From contig NC_068985.1 of assembly GCF_001194135.2 (NCBI RefSeq), positions 35,897,153 through 35,961,152 of the forward strand: a stretch of 64,000 bases of DNA, in the 5' to 3' direction. Origin of the DNA: Octopus bimaculoides (taxonomy: Eukaryota). A program made the position numbers and the translations under genes. This document shows positions 13,101 to 27,300 of this stretch, piece by piece (positions within the stretch are counted from its first letter, which is position 1; each line of letters begins with the position of its first letter). The notes under the pieces were generated by a model. The model was given only the letters and a program-made list of their open reading frames with translations. It did not search any database and had not been told where the DNA came from.

Positions 13101-15319
13101 AAACAGAGCATGTAAGAAAGACTTGATATTATTTGAAAATATTAGGGTTGCTTTAATCAGAGAAACAAAAAAATAAGTCATCAAATATAAAGACCAAAAC
13201 TCATAATTGTAATTAAAAACTTGTGTATTTACCTTCAGATTCATCGACCATGTCCACACCTAAAGCCTCTAAAATCTGGGCTTCAGCAAAATGACCGATA
13301 CGGGCTTTAGCCATGACTGGTATTGTAACAGCATTCATGATTTCTTTAATTTTCTTCAAAGGAAAATTTTCTTTATTTTAGTGCAAACCTCAATGATATT
13401 AATTGTGAATAAATCCCTAATATTTCTGTAATAACAATTAAATATGCTAACTTCTATGGGAAAAAAGGATAAATTTACATTTGCAAGAAACTTTGTAATG
13501 GCTACTTTATTTAGCATGAAAACATTGTCAGTTGATTACATATCAATACACCATTCATTACTAAAAGTTGGAATTATGCCAAATTATTCCTTCCAAGAAA
13601 TTAAGAAGGCCAAAATAAGCAAGAGAGAGACATTAAATTACTTACCAAGGGATCAGTCATTCTGGCAACACCTCCTTGGCGGCGAATATCAGCTGGAACT
13701 CTTTCAAGCGCCATAACAGCACAAGCCTATGAAATAAAATGGAAAAGTTATGTCATAAGAAATAGATAACGACTTTCCTGTGAAAGTCTCGCTTAGAACC
13801 ACATACATTTATGGATGATAATGCAAAAGTGAATTAGTTTGGTTTGAAGAAAATTACCCTTGAAGTTATAATCTGTTAGGTTATTTTTGAGCAGCAAGCT
13901 AAAGAGTAAGCTATTCCATATGCTTTACTAAAAAGCTCAAAATATATATTTCTGAATGACATTTCTTTATATTTCTGACAAATGCTTTCATACACGAATT
14001 AATAATTTTATCTGCAATTATTTTACTTACATTGCTAATACCTTTAGGAAAAGCAAAACTTCCATTTCATTCACTCACAAATTATTAAAAAAAATCTTGC
14101 ATTTGAAAAGGAGGATGCTAATTCTAGTTGCATTAGGATATAGCTGATTGAATTAACTTCCAAAATTGAAAGACAAGTTGATCCCAGTAGGTTTGATCTT
14201 GAGACAGTAAGGTGAGCTAATCTGTCCATTTCAACTAATTATGAATACATTATTAGTATTACTGTAAGAAAAGAGAAAGGATTACAGATAATTCAATTTT
14301 AACCCAAGAACATGAGACTTGGTGCTAATGAATAATTAGTCTGATGTCATACTTTTGTGCATTCAAATGCAGTTAAAATCAATGATACTTTTCATCTCTT
14401 GTAGGTTACTGTTTAATCTTTACTCTTTTACTTGTTTCAGTCATTTGACTGCGGCCATGCTGGAGCATCGCCTTTTAGTCAAGTAAATCGACCCTAGGAC
14501 TTATTCTTTGGAAGCCTAGTACTTATTCTATCGATCTCTTTTGCTGAACCGCTAAGTTACGGGGACGTAAACACNNNNNNNNNNNNNNNNNNNNNNNNNN
14601 NNNNNNNNNNNNNNNNNNNNNNNNNNNNNNNNNNNNNNNNNNNNNNNNNNNNNNNNNNNNNNNNNNNNNNNNNNNNNNNNNNNNNNNNNNNNNNNNNNNN
14701 NNNNNNNNNNNNNNNNNNNNNNNNNNNNNNNNNNNNNNNNNNNNNNNNNNNNNNNNNNNNNNNATATATATATATATATATATACGACGGGCTTCTTTCA
14801 GTTTCTGTCTACCAAATCCACTCACAAGGCTTTGGTCGACCCGAGGCTATAGTAGAAGACACTTGCCCAAGGTGCCACGCAGTGGGAATCAACCCGGAAC
14901 CATGTGGTTGGTAAGCAAGCTACTTACCGCACAGCCACTTCAAATTATTGTCTTGCTCTTACATTATAACAGATCTTAGGCAATATAAAGAATTCATTAT
15001 TGTCAACAATAAAACAATTAAAAAAAGACAGACTTACTCCAGCTTCTTCTGCAATACATGCTTCATCTGCATTGGTAACATCCATAATGATTCCTCCTTT
15101 AGCCATTTGTGCCATACCAGCTTTGACCTTGAAGGTTCCTAGTAAAAAATAATAAAAAACATATATTTTACTAATGTTATAAGGAGAATGACTTGAATCT
15201 AGTAAAAATAATATGTAAGCCTATAAATTAAATGAAATAGGTAACATAAGAAAGCATTATGTTAAAGATTAAATGTATCATATTCAATTCTAACATCAAC
15301 AAAAGAATACAAATTTATG

Positions 15320-15394
<75 letters not shown>

Positions 15395-18300
15395 AAAAAC
15401 AGAAAAGTTAAAGTCAACCACAGTAACATTTCAACATAAAACAGAGGAAAAACTAAATACTGCAAAGCATTTAGACCATCATCTTAACATTTCTGCCAGT
15501 CTACTGACTCTACATTAATATTTAATATTATCAGGCTTTTAAATGAAACTTTCTGACTTTTATTTCAGTGAAAATATTTTCCCAAGGAAAACTTTCACAA
15601 ACTATGGCATCAGGTAAAAAAATACATTTGGGTTAACTATAACAGCACTTGAGCATCATAGCAGGCACTTTGTGTATTCATTCACTAATATAGCAATAAT
15701 TCTTGCTGGTTCAGTTCAGGTACCCTAAGTATATAGAGATTATCGTTATAAACAGTGAGCGCATTGTACAGTTATTTTCATACCCTTGAGATCTGAATGA
15801 GGTTTCTGTACTTATATATAATTTTTATTCTGTATTGTGAAGATTGGTCAATACAGCAGTTTGGATTTACTGTTTACACAATCTGCTCTCATATTGTATT
15901 TTAAGATGGCTAGTAGAAGAAAAAAATTATAAATTACTGTTTTAATATAACCAACATTTTTTCCTTTAGCATTATTACATTATATTACAGAGAATAATTT
16001 ATAATTTAATTTCTTTTTTGATTGATACAAGCTAAAATATGTTAGTGTGTTATGTTGAAAATGTTAGCAAATTGCAACTAGCTATAATATGAATTGGTAA
16101 CTGTAACCCTAAATTCAGAAGCTAAGCAATTTTAATTTTTCAACAACTTAGCCTTGTAAAAAGAATTAGAATATCACAACTGTTGTAGCTGTGAACAGGC
16201 TGTGTCAAAAAGTCAACAGTTTTGTGAAGTCATACTTTATAAGATAATTAAAGTGTAAAACACACCAGTTTTCCTTCCTGCAGTTTCATCCTTCACAGCT
16301 GTTAAATTGGTAACAACAACATCAGGATCTATAAGCAAAAAATGAATATTAATAATAATCTTAGTAATAATGGTGACAATGATTTATAACACAGGATAAG
16401 GTTACAAATTGGTGGAGAAAGTTCACAGACTAAACTGACCCCAGAAGACTGATATTTATGGCATTTCTTAAAAAAAGAATTCTTTATGAAGTGAATGTTT
16501 GAAATTTAAAATGATTTCTTTCTTTTTTTAAATTTTCAGACAATCATAATGAAAGGCAATGTTAACTAGATGGAGGAATTAGTTTAGAATAATGAGGTTT
16601 TACAAAGCCACAGATGACAAAGTAATATTGCAGTGGGGATATAAGTTGATATATTTGACCCTAAGTACTTACTAGTTGTCATTTTCTTGATGCCAGAAAT
16701 TTAGAAAGCAATGTTGGTGGAATTTGTGAGAAGGAAAGCTAAACACCTAAGATACATAGGGAAGAAGAAAATAGAAGTTGGGGTACTGTTGCTTTGATGA
16801 TTGTGATTGATTTACAAATCAGAACTGAGTAATAGAATCATTTCGCTTGAAATCAAACCTTCGTTCTTAATATTGTCCCTATCAACTCACACTAATCACC
16901 CTTCAGTGTTACCAAATCATCTTTCCTTCTCCACCACCATACATCTCTCACTCACCCCAAGCACTACATCTACCTCCCTTCTCACACTCTTGCAACCTAC
17001 CCACCAACAGATCATCTCTCTTTCTCTCATCCTTCCCTTGACCACTGTATCACTGACCACTGCCTTCCCGCAACTATACATCATTGATCACCCCTCCACC
17101 CTTATACGCCATCTACTACATCCACCCTTCAATCCTACCCAAATTTTATAGTCATCACCTTCCCTATCTTCTTGCCAATGTATATTTCCCATCCCTCAAC
17201 ACTTATTCATCATTCATTATATTTTCCTCCTCACCTATTCCCCACACTCTCCATACGAGTTTGCAACCTTTCCAGTTCCACTCTCTCTTCTATAATGTGA
17301 ATAGTATTCCTCTACTGGGATGTCTGTTTTGTTCTAGTCTCTTCTTTCATACTTTAACCTCTCATTGCCTAACATGAAATCACCTCCCTCTTGTCTGTAG
17401 TCCCACTCAGTCAAAGGGATCTCAGCTTTGCAAGCTGCATAGCAACCTCACTAGTGCTAGTGCCATGAAAAAATCAATCGATAGACACAGTAAAGTGGTT
17501 GGTATTAGGAAGGGCATCTAAACACAGAAACCATACCAAAGCAGACATTGGATACAATACAATTCTTAGACCCACTGGATCTTGTCAAACTGTTCAACCC
17601 ATGCCAGAATAGAAAATGGACATTGAAGGGTGATGATGATTTCTAATACTGAAGCCTCAAATTTTGGGAAAAGTTATAGATAATTAAATTCACACAAGGT
17701 AATTGATTGGTACTTATTTAATATGAATATCCACCTGCCCCCTCAGAAGAATGAAAGGCAAAGTCAACCATGGTAAGATTTGAACTCAAACCATAAAGTA
17801 CTGTAAGCTGATGTCATAAAGCTTTTTTTGTCTGATATGCAAATAATTCTACAAACCACTACCCTAGAGGAGCAGTTAATAACAATAGTTAATATTCACA
17901 ACCTAACATGACCATCAAACTAAACAATGCCTTTATTGTTGATTTAATTGATAAAAATACATAAAATCATATATGAACTTGTTTTTTTTTTAAGTCTGTG
18001 ATAAACCAAAGAATTACATCAATGACTTATAAAAATAGAAATGGAGAGCTAATTGAAAACCCATCTGATCTCAATTTAAACAGTGGAGGAGGAGTCGGAG
18101 GTGGGGAGGAGGAGTCGGAGGTGGGGAGGAGGAGTCGGAGGTGGGAAGGAGGAGGAACAATATAGATTTAGTACAGGAGTGGGTGTTGGTATTTTGATAT
18201 TAGTTTATGACTAAAAAACTATCTCCCCATTCAACAACAGATGATAGAACCGCTTATGTCAGTCAGCCCCAGCTGTCAAATACTAAAACAAAAAAATGTT

Positions 18301-21300
18301 ACCAGAAAATATTTTGTTCTCATCAGTTGGGGGTGCCAGAAATGTCAGAGAGAGAGAGGGGGGGGAGAGAGAATGGAGCGAGGGTGACAGTAGAATAATG
18401 ATTGTTAAGAACCATATAGAATGACAGTTCATTCCAAGCGAGGTAAAAAACAATGGTTTTGCTATTTTTGGGGATCACATGCATCCTGCACATCCTGTGT
18501 ATACCTATATCCTTAGTTAATGTGGGAATAAAATTTGTAAATCAATACAGTTTAATCTTCCAAACAGCTTAAAGTAGTCTAGAAATACATGAAAATAGTT
18601 TACTATAGCCACAGTGCTGGTTTTGTAGTCTCCTAGATCTAAGGATGATATTTTACAATGTGAATTCTAACAATTTCAACAAAGTTTCATGAACACAAAG
18701 TAGGAGTTTATGTGTATCATTTAATAAACCAATATGAAGAGCCTTAATTCTTATTTCTTTTTATTAAAAAGAAGACAACAACATGCATTAAAAGCATGTT
18801 TGTTTAGTTCCAGGTTAATTCTGATGGAGCAGACCTATGATCAAAAACTTCCCAACCATGGCCATATTGTCTTTTTAGGGGATGTAAGACTATGTTATCT
18901 CAAATGTTCTGTCCATAAAAAAGATATGATTTGGAAGAGATTTGGCTGATATTTATCCATTTTGAGGTTTGCCTCTTTTTTTCTTTCTGAAGTACAGTAT
19001 TGAAAGTTAATGAAGAATATGGTAGGTCTTTTGTTATTGTGTATAGCTCTAGTTTGCTTTGTTTGAGCAGGCTTATAGCATAGAGGCAGACCTATAGCAT
19101 AGAGGCAGACCTTAGCATAGAAACACCAGATTAAAAAATAAACGGGTTTAATTAATATTTAGGTTATTGTAATAATATTTTGAACTAGTAATGTACTGTC
19201 CTATTTTTAAGATTGTGAGAGTTTATTACAGGGGATTTTGGCTACAGTATTGAAGAAGCTTTGTAGAAGCTGGTAATACTGAAAAATCAGTCAAGAGATT
19301 AACACTTTGTATCCTACTACCACCACTACCATCATTGCATTATGTCAGCAAATAAGACAAGTGAATCTTAGAGTAATGACACTTTAAAGTTGAGGAGTGT
19401 TTTATTGACTTGTAATTCTGAGTTTAGTGCTGTCTGTGGAGAAAGATGTGAGAAAGAACAACAGCATATTCAGAGGACAAGTCGTATTCCATTTGCTTAA
19501 TACTATTAAAACTTTAGATAAGTACTGGCTGAGCAAAACACACAGGTGAATGAACACATTTTTCTTATATGAGAATAACAGACATAGCTGAGACAAAATA
19601 AACTGCTAACTAAAAACTAGATGTATTAGATTGTTATATGAAAATAAGAAAATTGAAATAGCATGGCAATGTGATGAAAACTAGATGTAATGTCTGGCAA
19701 CAAAATAACAGCCAGAGTTTAAAACCTAATTAAGATTGATATAAGATAGCTATAATTAATAAATTTTTTTTAGATTGGCACAAGCTAAAAATTTGTAAGG
19801 CAGGAATGTTTGACTGAATCAACTCTAGTACAAGTTTGGTATTTATTTTATTTTCCTGGAAAAATGAAAGATAAAGTTCATCTTGGTGAAATTTGGAGTT
19901 GGGACAACTGCTTGGTATTTAGTTCGGTTTAATCCAGTGCTCTGCTATTCTTAACACTATTACAATTAATAAAGGATATTATTACCAAAGACAGTAACAG
20001 TGCAAACAAAGTAAATCCTAGAAGTAAAAAATTATCTGTACTTTTGTCTAAATTTCTTTAGGTTGGCCACACTGCTTTCAGTGCGTGTGCACTAAAAGGT
20101 GGTACTCTTGTGGTTACATAACCAAAGTTTGACCTAGATTGTTCAAGTTTTCTTTCTTCTGTTACAGAGTAAACACAGCTGCACCACTGGCAGTGTGCAC
20201 CAAAGAAGAATAGAAATCAGTGATCCGATTTCTCTAGTCTGAAGCTGTGTCAGGGGCTGAAATTCATCATAGGCTTTCAGTTCTCCACCTTATAGAAGTG
20301 TGTAAGAATGGATTAAGAAGTTTAAAAATGGCCAGACAAGAGTGAAGCATGAAGAGAGAGCAGGATGTCCATCAACCTCCATCACTAATGCAAAGACTCA
20401 ACGAGCTTGAAAGATGGTTCTGGTGAACCAATAAGTGACCATCGATGAGGTGGCATATTCTCTGCAAACTAGCCATGGTTCTGCATATGAAATCATCTAC
20501 AGCAAGCTTCACTTCTTTAAAGTCTGTGCAACCCATGTTATCCTCTCCTGTTACCTCTCATCAACAACAACGGACGACTGTGTCTTCCCCTGTTGAAGAA
20601 CATCAACAACAACAAAGATCAACCATCAATACAGAGTTTGCGGAAATACAACAAATGATTTCGGCTTTAAGATGAGAAATAGCAGAAATCAAATCAAGCG
20701 TTCATGTAGAACCCTGCAATGAGAGACCTTATTGGAGTGCCTTGCTAAAAAGTCTCCCCGTAGCTCTTGCCAAATCTAGATGCATCGAAACAGCTGCTGA
20801 ATCTGTTAGCCACGGAGTAATTGCCACTGGTGTATCAAAGGACATAGCTGACCTTCTGGCATTTGCTGCCAACTCATCCAAAGACCTAGGTTGTGCTCCC
20901 CTGAAGGGTATTCTCTGCTTTGGTTAACCAGGACAAAAACCCAAACTAATCAGGCTGTCTTTTTCAAACTCTACTGAGGCACGTTCATACCTTTTAGCCC
21001 CTGGTAAAGCTAGATGTGAAAATAGAATTATCTTTAGAACATGCCCTGGCCTAACACCTGATGCACGTCCAAAACTACATGCTGCAACTTCCTTAAATCG
21101 CAACTCAGCACAACATGAAAGCTTCAGACTACGTGATGATGGGCAGATACGGCAGTTTATTAAGGTTGGTGAAACATGGAAAAGAGATACCAGATGGTCT
21201 GAACACACTGTACCACAATAGCTGGCAATGAAAAAACTGTAGGAAACTAAATCAGAACAACCTGCCATCCCTACACATCATCATAGACTGAAATCAAGGT

Positions 21301-24300
21301 ACAAACTGTTGTCCTTAAATGCTCATAGTTTGTGCAACAAGATACATCTTTTTGATTCTTACATTAAAGGTATCAACCCCAATTTCATTACAGTCACGGA
21401 AATATGGGCACATTCCTTACTCTGTGATGGGGTTTTCAGTATAGCTGACAACAACCTGTATCGCAAAGACCACATTAATTGTTGTAGAGGTGGTGAGATG
21501 GTCTACATTCGTTCAAACTTTTCAACAATTCCTTGCATTGACTTGAACCAATCACAAGAAGTATTTTTCTGCGATATATATATGACCATGTTAACGCTTC
21601 TACATGGAGTTGTTTACCCATCCCCCCAAACTACCATCAGGACATACAACTTTGTGATATCTTCAGAACCGCCACCAGGAAAACAGCCACTTATTGTTTT
21701 TATTGCAGGCAACTTCAATCACGCTGAGATTGATTGGGAAACCTTTTGTTGGCTGCAAAACGCAAATGATTTCCTTGAGCTAGTGCTGGACTCAAACTGG
21801 TTCCAAGTAGTCAGCTCCCCAACAAGAGGTGACAAAACTTTGGATCTACTCTTTACCACTACTCCTGAAACGGTTATTAGTGTTACTACTGAGGAACCTT
21901 TAAGCGACTCTGATCATGCTATGATCATTGCCAATTTGTCCCTTATGGGCAGTAACAAAAACCACAGCCATTTCCAAACTGCTCGCTTAGACTGGAATAA
22001 AGCAGACTGGAACTCTTACTGCACCAAGCTAAAATGCCCAAACTAGCTGGAATTTTACAACTCTAGAGATGTGAATACCATACTTCAGAATATCCTGAAC
22101 TCAAGATGGACAGTATGTGCAACATCAGTACCACGTAAGCACAAAAAACATCCGAAAAGTGCAATTTGGAAGACTGCAGCAGTCAGACTTGTCAGGAAAG
22201 ACTGTCGTATGCTGAACTGGAATACAAACTGCATAAATTAGATATAAATAGGAAAAGTGCAATAAATCATCCAACCATCTCAAGCAGGTGACAGAAAGGG
22301 GAGTGCTTGAATTTGAACAGTGCATAGCAACCAACACTGATAGTAAAGTGTTCTAGAAATATGTACATTCAATGTAGAGACCTCACTCTCCAGTTGGTCT
22401 TCTTCGCAATCCCCACACAGGCCAGATTACTGACGGTCTCAGGGAATGCACAGAACCTGGGGGGTGGGGAGGCGGTGTGCCCTGGGCAGAACTTTTAAAG
22501 AGGCAGCACTTTTCATCTTGTTGTAGGCTATTGCTGTCAGCAATATGTATTTTTTGTGGAGTCTGGGGGTGGTACACACCCTAGCTATGCTAGTGCACAG
22601 AACTCATTGCTGAATGCTATGCAGGCATTTTCACTGTTGAAAATCAAAATGTACCACCTCCACCACCTCTGACATCAAATTCTATAACAACTATGGAATT
22701 TACACCTGCAATGCTGCAACATCACTTTAAGAATAAGTGCAACTATGCCTCTCCTGGTCTTGATGGTACCTGCTTCTCAAAAGTGGTGGGTACTTTCTTC
22801 TGCACCAACTTTCACTCTTCTTTCAATTCTGTCTTAACAACAGTGCTACTCCGGAACAGTGGAAAACTGCCAGTGTCATTCCTCTGTTCAAAAAGGGTGA
22901 CCACAAGTTGTCTGTCAACTATTGTCCAGTCAGTCTTACTAGCTGCATTGCCAAACTGATGTGTCAGAGAAACTGTGTCAGAGAAACACTCTGGATCTTC
23001 TGGAATTCTCACAGCCTTATCCAGCCCTCACAATTTGGATTTATCCCTTACTCCAGCTGCTGTGATCAACTTACTGTTTCTTGAAGATATCACCTGGATC
23101 ACTGATGGTGGCTCATGGGTGGATGCTGATTACCTTGACTTTGCTAAAGCTTTTAATTCTGTGTCACACAAAAGACTTATGGCAAAACTCTCTGCAATGG
23201 GTGTGAAAGATGATCTTCACAACTGGTTGTAGTCTTCCATTCTCAGCTGAAAAAATGTAGTCACTGTTCTAGGATAGCATTCTTCACCCTATGAGATATC
23301 ATCTGGTGTGCCGCAAGGATCTGTTCTTGGTCCCCTTTCATTTATTGCATACATTAATGATATAGATGCCAATTTAATGAATGCCACAGTGCTGAAATAT
23401 GACATCATGCTGTGCCTTGAGATAAAAAGGACAGATCTTGAATACTATAGATCTTTCCTGTAATTGGACCTGGACACACTGCAGCAATGGATCATGGACT
23501 GGCAACTCAAGCTGGCTGTGGACAATTGTACCACCATGCATTTTGGGAGGAAAACCCCAGCGTCCACATACTCTCTCCACAACACTAATATCAAGAAGTC
23601 TTCTTGTGAATGTGACCTGGGCATTACTGTCAGCAGTGATTTGTGCATCTCTAAAATTGTCAAGAAGGTCAAGGGTGTCTTGACATCACTCAGCAAGACT
23701 TTTGTCAGCCACTCTCCATTTAAGGCTACATATGGCTATGGTGTGGCCACAGTTGGAATTTGCATCACCAGTCTGGAACCCCTATCTTGCTCAGAACACT
23801 GACCTCCTGGAAACTGTTCAGAGATGTGCAACCAAGCAAATCCTCTCCATCAGGCATCTACCATACTCTGAACGCCTTGCTTCTCTGGGCATGGATACGT
23901 TGACGCTCCGATGTCTGGCAACTGACTTGGTAAACACCCATAAAATTTATTAACCATCATGTTAATAGCAACTTTGAGCACCTTTTTGAATTCCATGCAT
24001 CTGACACGCATGGGCATGCCTACAAAATCAGAAAACAGCAAAGCTCTCATGACTTTCAGAAACATTATTTTACACTTAGAGTTGCTGAAGCATGGAACAA
24101 ACTACCTGCATCAATTGTTAGCTGCCGAGACATTGCATCCTTTAAAACTGCCATGCTTCCTGAAATTCACCAACACTACACCTGATATCCCCCACTCTAT
24201 ATGCGTGCACACATATATATAATGACTCATATACTGTTCACTTTCCTGACATTTGTACATAATTCCATGTACTACACATGCACCTTTGGTAAGCTGTAGT

Positions 24301-27300
24301 GCACATGAGCACTATACACAATAATTTCATTATCATAATGCTTAAAGGTATTTCATCTGTCTTTACATTCTGAGTTCAAATTCCGCTAAAGTCAATTTTG
24401 CCTTTCAACCTTTTGGGGTTGATAAATTAAGTACCAGTGGGACACTGGAGTTGATGTAATCGACTAGTTCCCTCCCCACAAATTTCAGGCCTTGTGTCTT
24501 TAGTAGAAAGGATTATTATTATTATTCTTTTCTACTCTAGGCACAAGGCCTGAAAATTTTGGGGAGGGGGCCAATTGATTAGATCGACCCCAGTATGCAA
24601 CTGGTACTTAATTTATTGACCCGAAAGGATGAAAGGCAAAGTCAACTCCGGTGGAATTTGATCTCAGAACGTAAAGACAGATGAATTACCACTAAGGATT
24701 ATCATTATTATTGAGGCAGCAAGCTGGCAGAATCATTAGCATGCTGAGCAAAATGTTTAGCAGTATTTCGTCCATCTTTACGTTCTGAGTTCAAATGCCA
24801 CCGAGGTCAACTTTGCCTTTCATTCTTTCAAGGTTGATAAATTAAGTACTAGTGAAACATTGTGGTCAATGTAATTTCAGACTTTGTTCCTTTAGTAGAA
24901 AGGATTATTATTATTATTATTACAGCTTTATAATTCATCTCTGCATACCAATATGGTATTAAAAGAGCTAGAGTTAGTTCTATTTAAACATTCTTTTCTT
25001 TTTGTAAATTCCAAATTGACAGTTACGTGAGATAACACTTCATTGTTAAACTAAAGAGAAAGGTAATGCAAGGCATATTTAGTGAATTTAAACTGTTGTT
25101 AAATGACAAGGTTTTAAAATATTGCTAGATATTTCATTTTTCTCACATTTAGCAAACAACTTCCTCACTAAATGTGAGAAAATGACACGAATTGGGACAT
25201 TTTGTGATAGAAATATGTAATACAAGAGGTTAAGAAATAAGATAGACATTAACTAAACGGGAAAAAATATGGTGGAAATATTTTGAAAAATGATGGCTGT
25301 CTAATTATTTTCCCCAGCAAATTTATATTTATCTTTTTATAGTATCAAAGATGATGTTTCTAAACATTCAAATATTTATGTGAATAGTCAGAACAAGAGC
25401 TTCATAGCCCTATTTATGAAATGTAAAGCTGCTAGGTTTTGTTTGGACATATAAATGTACGAGGTGATATCAAAAGGTTGCCAGACTAATTATGCTTAAT
25501 AAAAAATAACTTATTTACCTAAGTTTTAACATCATCTCCTTTGAAATAGTCACCTTGCACAGCAATTCACTGGTTCCAGTGTTCCTGCTACTTTTGGAAT
25601 CTGGCCTGGAAGTTATTTGCCGTGAGTCGAGGACTTCTATAATTCACTCAGGATCTCAACAATGGTGTTAAAACGGTGACCTTTGAGCTACATTTTCATC
25701 TTGGGGAAGAGATGGAAGTCTGCAGGTGCTAAATCTGGTGAATAGGGTGGGTGCGGAAGCGATACCATGTTGTTTTTGGTGAGAAACTCAAGAGTGAGAA
25801 GAACTCAGTGACAGGGTGCATTGATGTAGTGAAGAATCACATTCTTGAAGCTCCACAGATCCGGTCACTTTCGCTGAATGTCCTCCCTCAAACGCTTCAA
25901 AACATCACAGTAGAACTCTTGATTTATGGTCTGGCCCTGGGGCATGAATTCTCGATGCACAATACCACATTTCCAGGAGTGACACTCCTGGCAGGTCTTC
26001 CAGATCACTCACTATCTCCCAGGGACATTCTTCTGCTTTTGAAGTGCCTGTGCCACTTGAAATATTGCATACAACCCATTGCCTCATTGTCATAAGCTTG
26101 CTGAAGCATGCTCAATGTCTCCACAGCAGACTTCCTAAGTTTAAGGCAAAATTTCATGTTGGCTCTTTGTTCCTGTCCATGACAAAATCATACACTATAG
26201 CATACCTGTGATCACAAAAACACAAATTTCACAACTTGCGAAATAAACACAGTGATGTCACTTGGCACACTGCCTCATGTAGGTCACTGTTAGCTCTCAC
26301 TGCATATGCAACTATGTGCTGCCATCTGTTGGCATGCTACAGAACTAGTCTGAAAACTTTTTGGTAGAGAGAAGCTAATACAAAACTTTTTCTAACATTA
26401 GAAAAAAAAAAAAATATTAAGCCAAAAATTCAAACTGTTAAAACTTTAACCATAGAGATAAGTACAATGAATTTATGATTTTATTTTTAAGAAAACTTGA
26501 TATAAAGAAATGTAATATTTAGAGCTTAATAAATGTAATGATGATAGTATTAAAAAGGCTGTTGCTCATAAGGCACTAAATAAATATAGCCAATGGTTTC
26601 TTGACTGGACTGTTCCAAGTATTTAATACATATTCCATTTGAGGGAACATGATTAGTATGTTTACAGAAACTATTAAGCTATTTCTATTTGTTGTTGGTC
26701 TTCTCACTCCAGATTCAAAGGTAATGTTAATGCTTTTCTGTAAGCTGTTATCAGTATAAACAAAGTAGAATGGCTTTGACTGAAGATCAACTTTGATCTC
26801 AGCTTTCTAGAAGCATACTCCTACTTTACAACACTCACTATTCAGTTTGTTTCTAAGAAACTTAATACAGTAAAATAGTTTACTTTATCTCATTTCATTA
26901 AGCAGTTTAATAGTAAAAAAAAAAAAAAGGATGGCAAGCAAAAACAAAATATTGTCATCAGTTAGTATGTCTGTAGAAAAAATTTCACTTCACACATTTC
27001 TCCAAGGATTTGCTTTTTTTATAGATCAACTATAACTATCTTGATCTATGTTTCCTTTAAAATACTTGATATTTTATCAACACATTAACAATATGAACAT
27101 GTAGGAGAGAAGCTAAAAATTAAATATAAAATACACTGAAATGCAAAAGAAACACGAGATATGTGTGACTGTGAAATATATTTTAATTTCATTATGTCAG
27201 AGATAAATTTTGATATATCTGATTAAGTCAATTTCTTGGATACAGTTTGACTACAGTCTATGGGTCGTTGTCATATGTTCTGGTAGCGGGCGGATATAGC

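Noticed and set aside
6864-15138. PDX1 as bacterial/fungal contamination or recent HGT
   Set aside because: It has spliceosomal introns filled with host SINEs/LINEs and is contiguous with CEP44 and NOSIP. Ancient HGT can only be excluded by phylogeny.
16807-17390. S/T/L/H/P-rich ORFs in a pyrimidine-rich tract (a purine-rich counterpart lies at ~39640-40130)
   Set aside because: Low-complexity, repeat-associated sequence with no coding signal.
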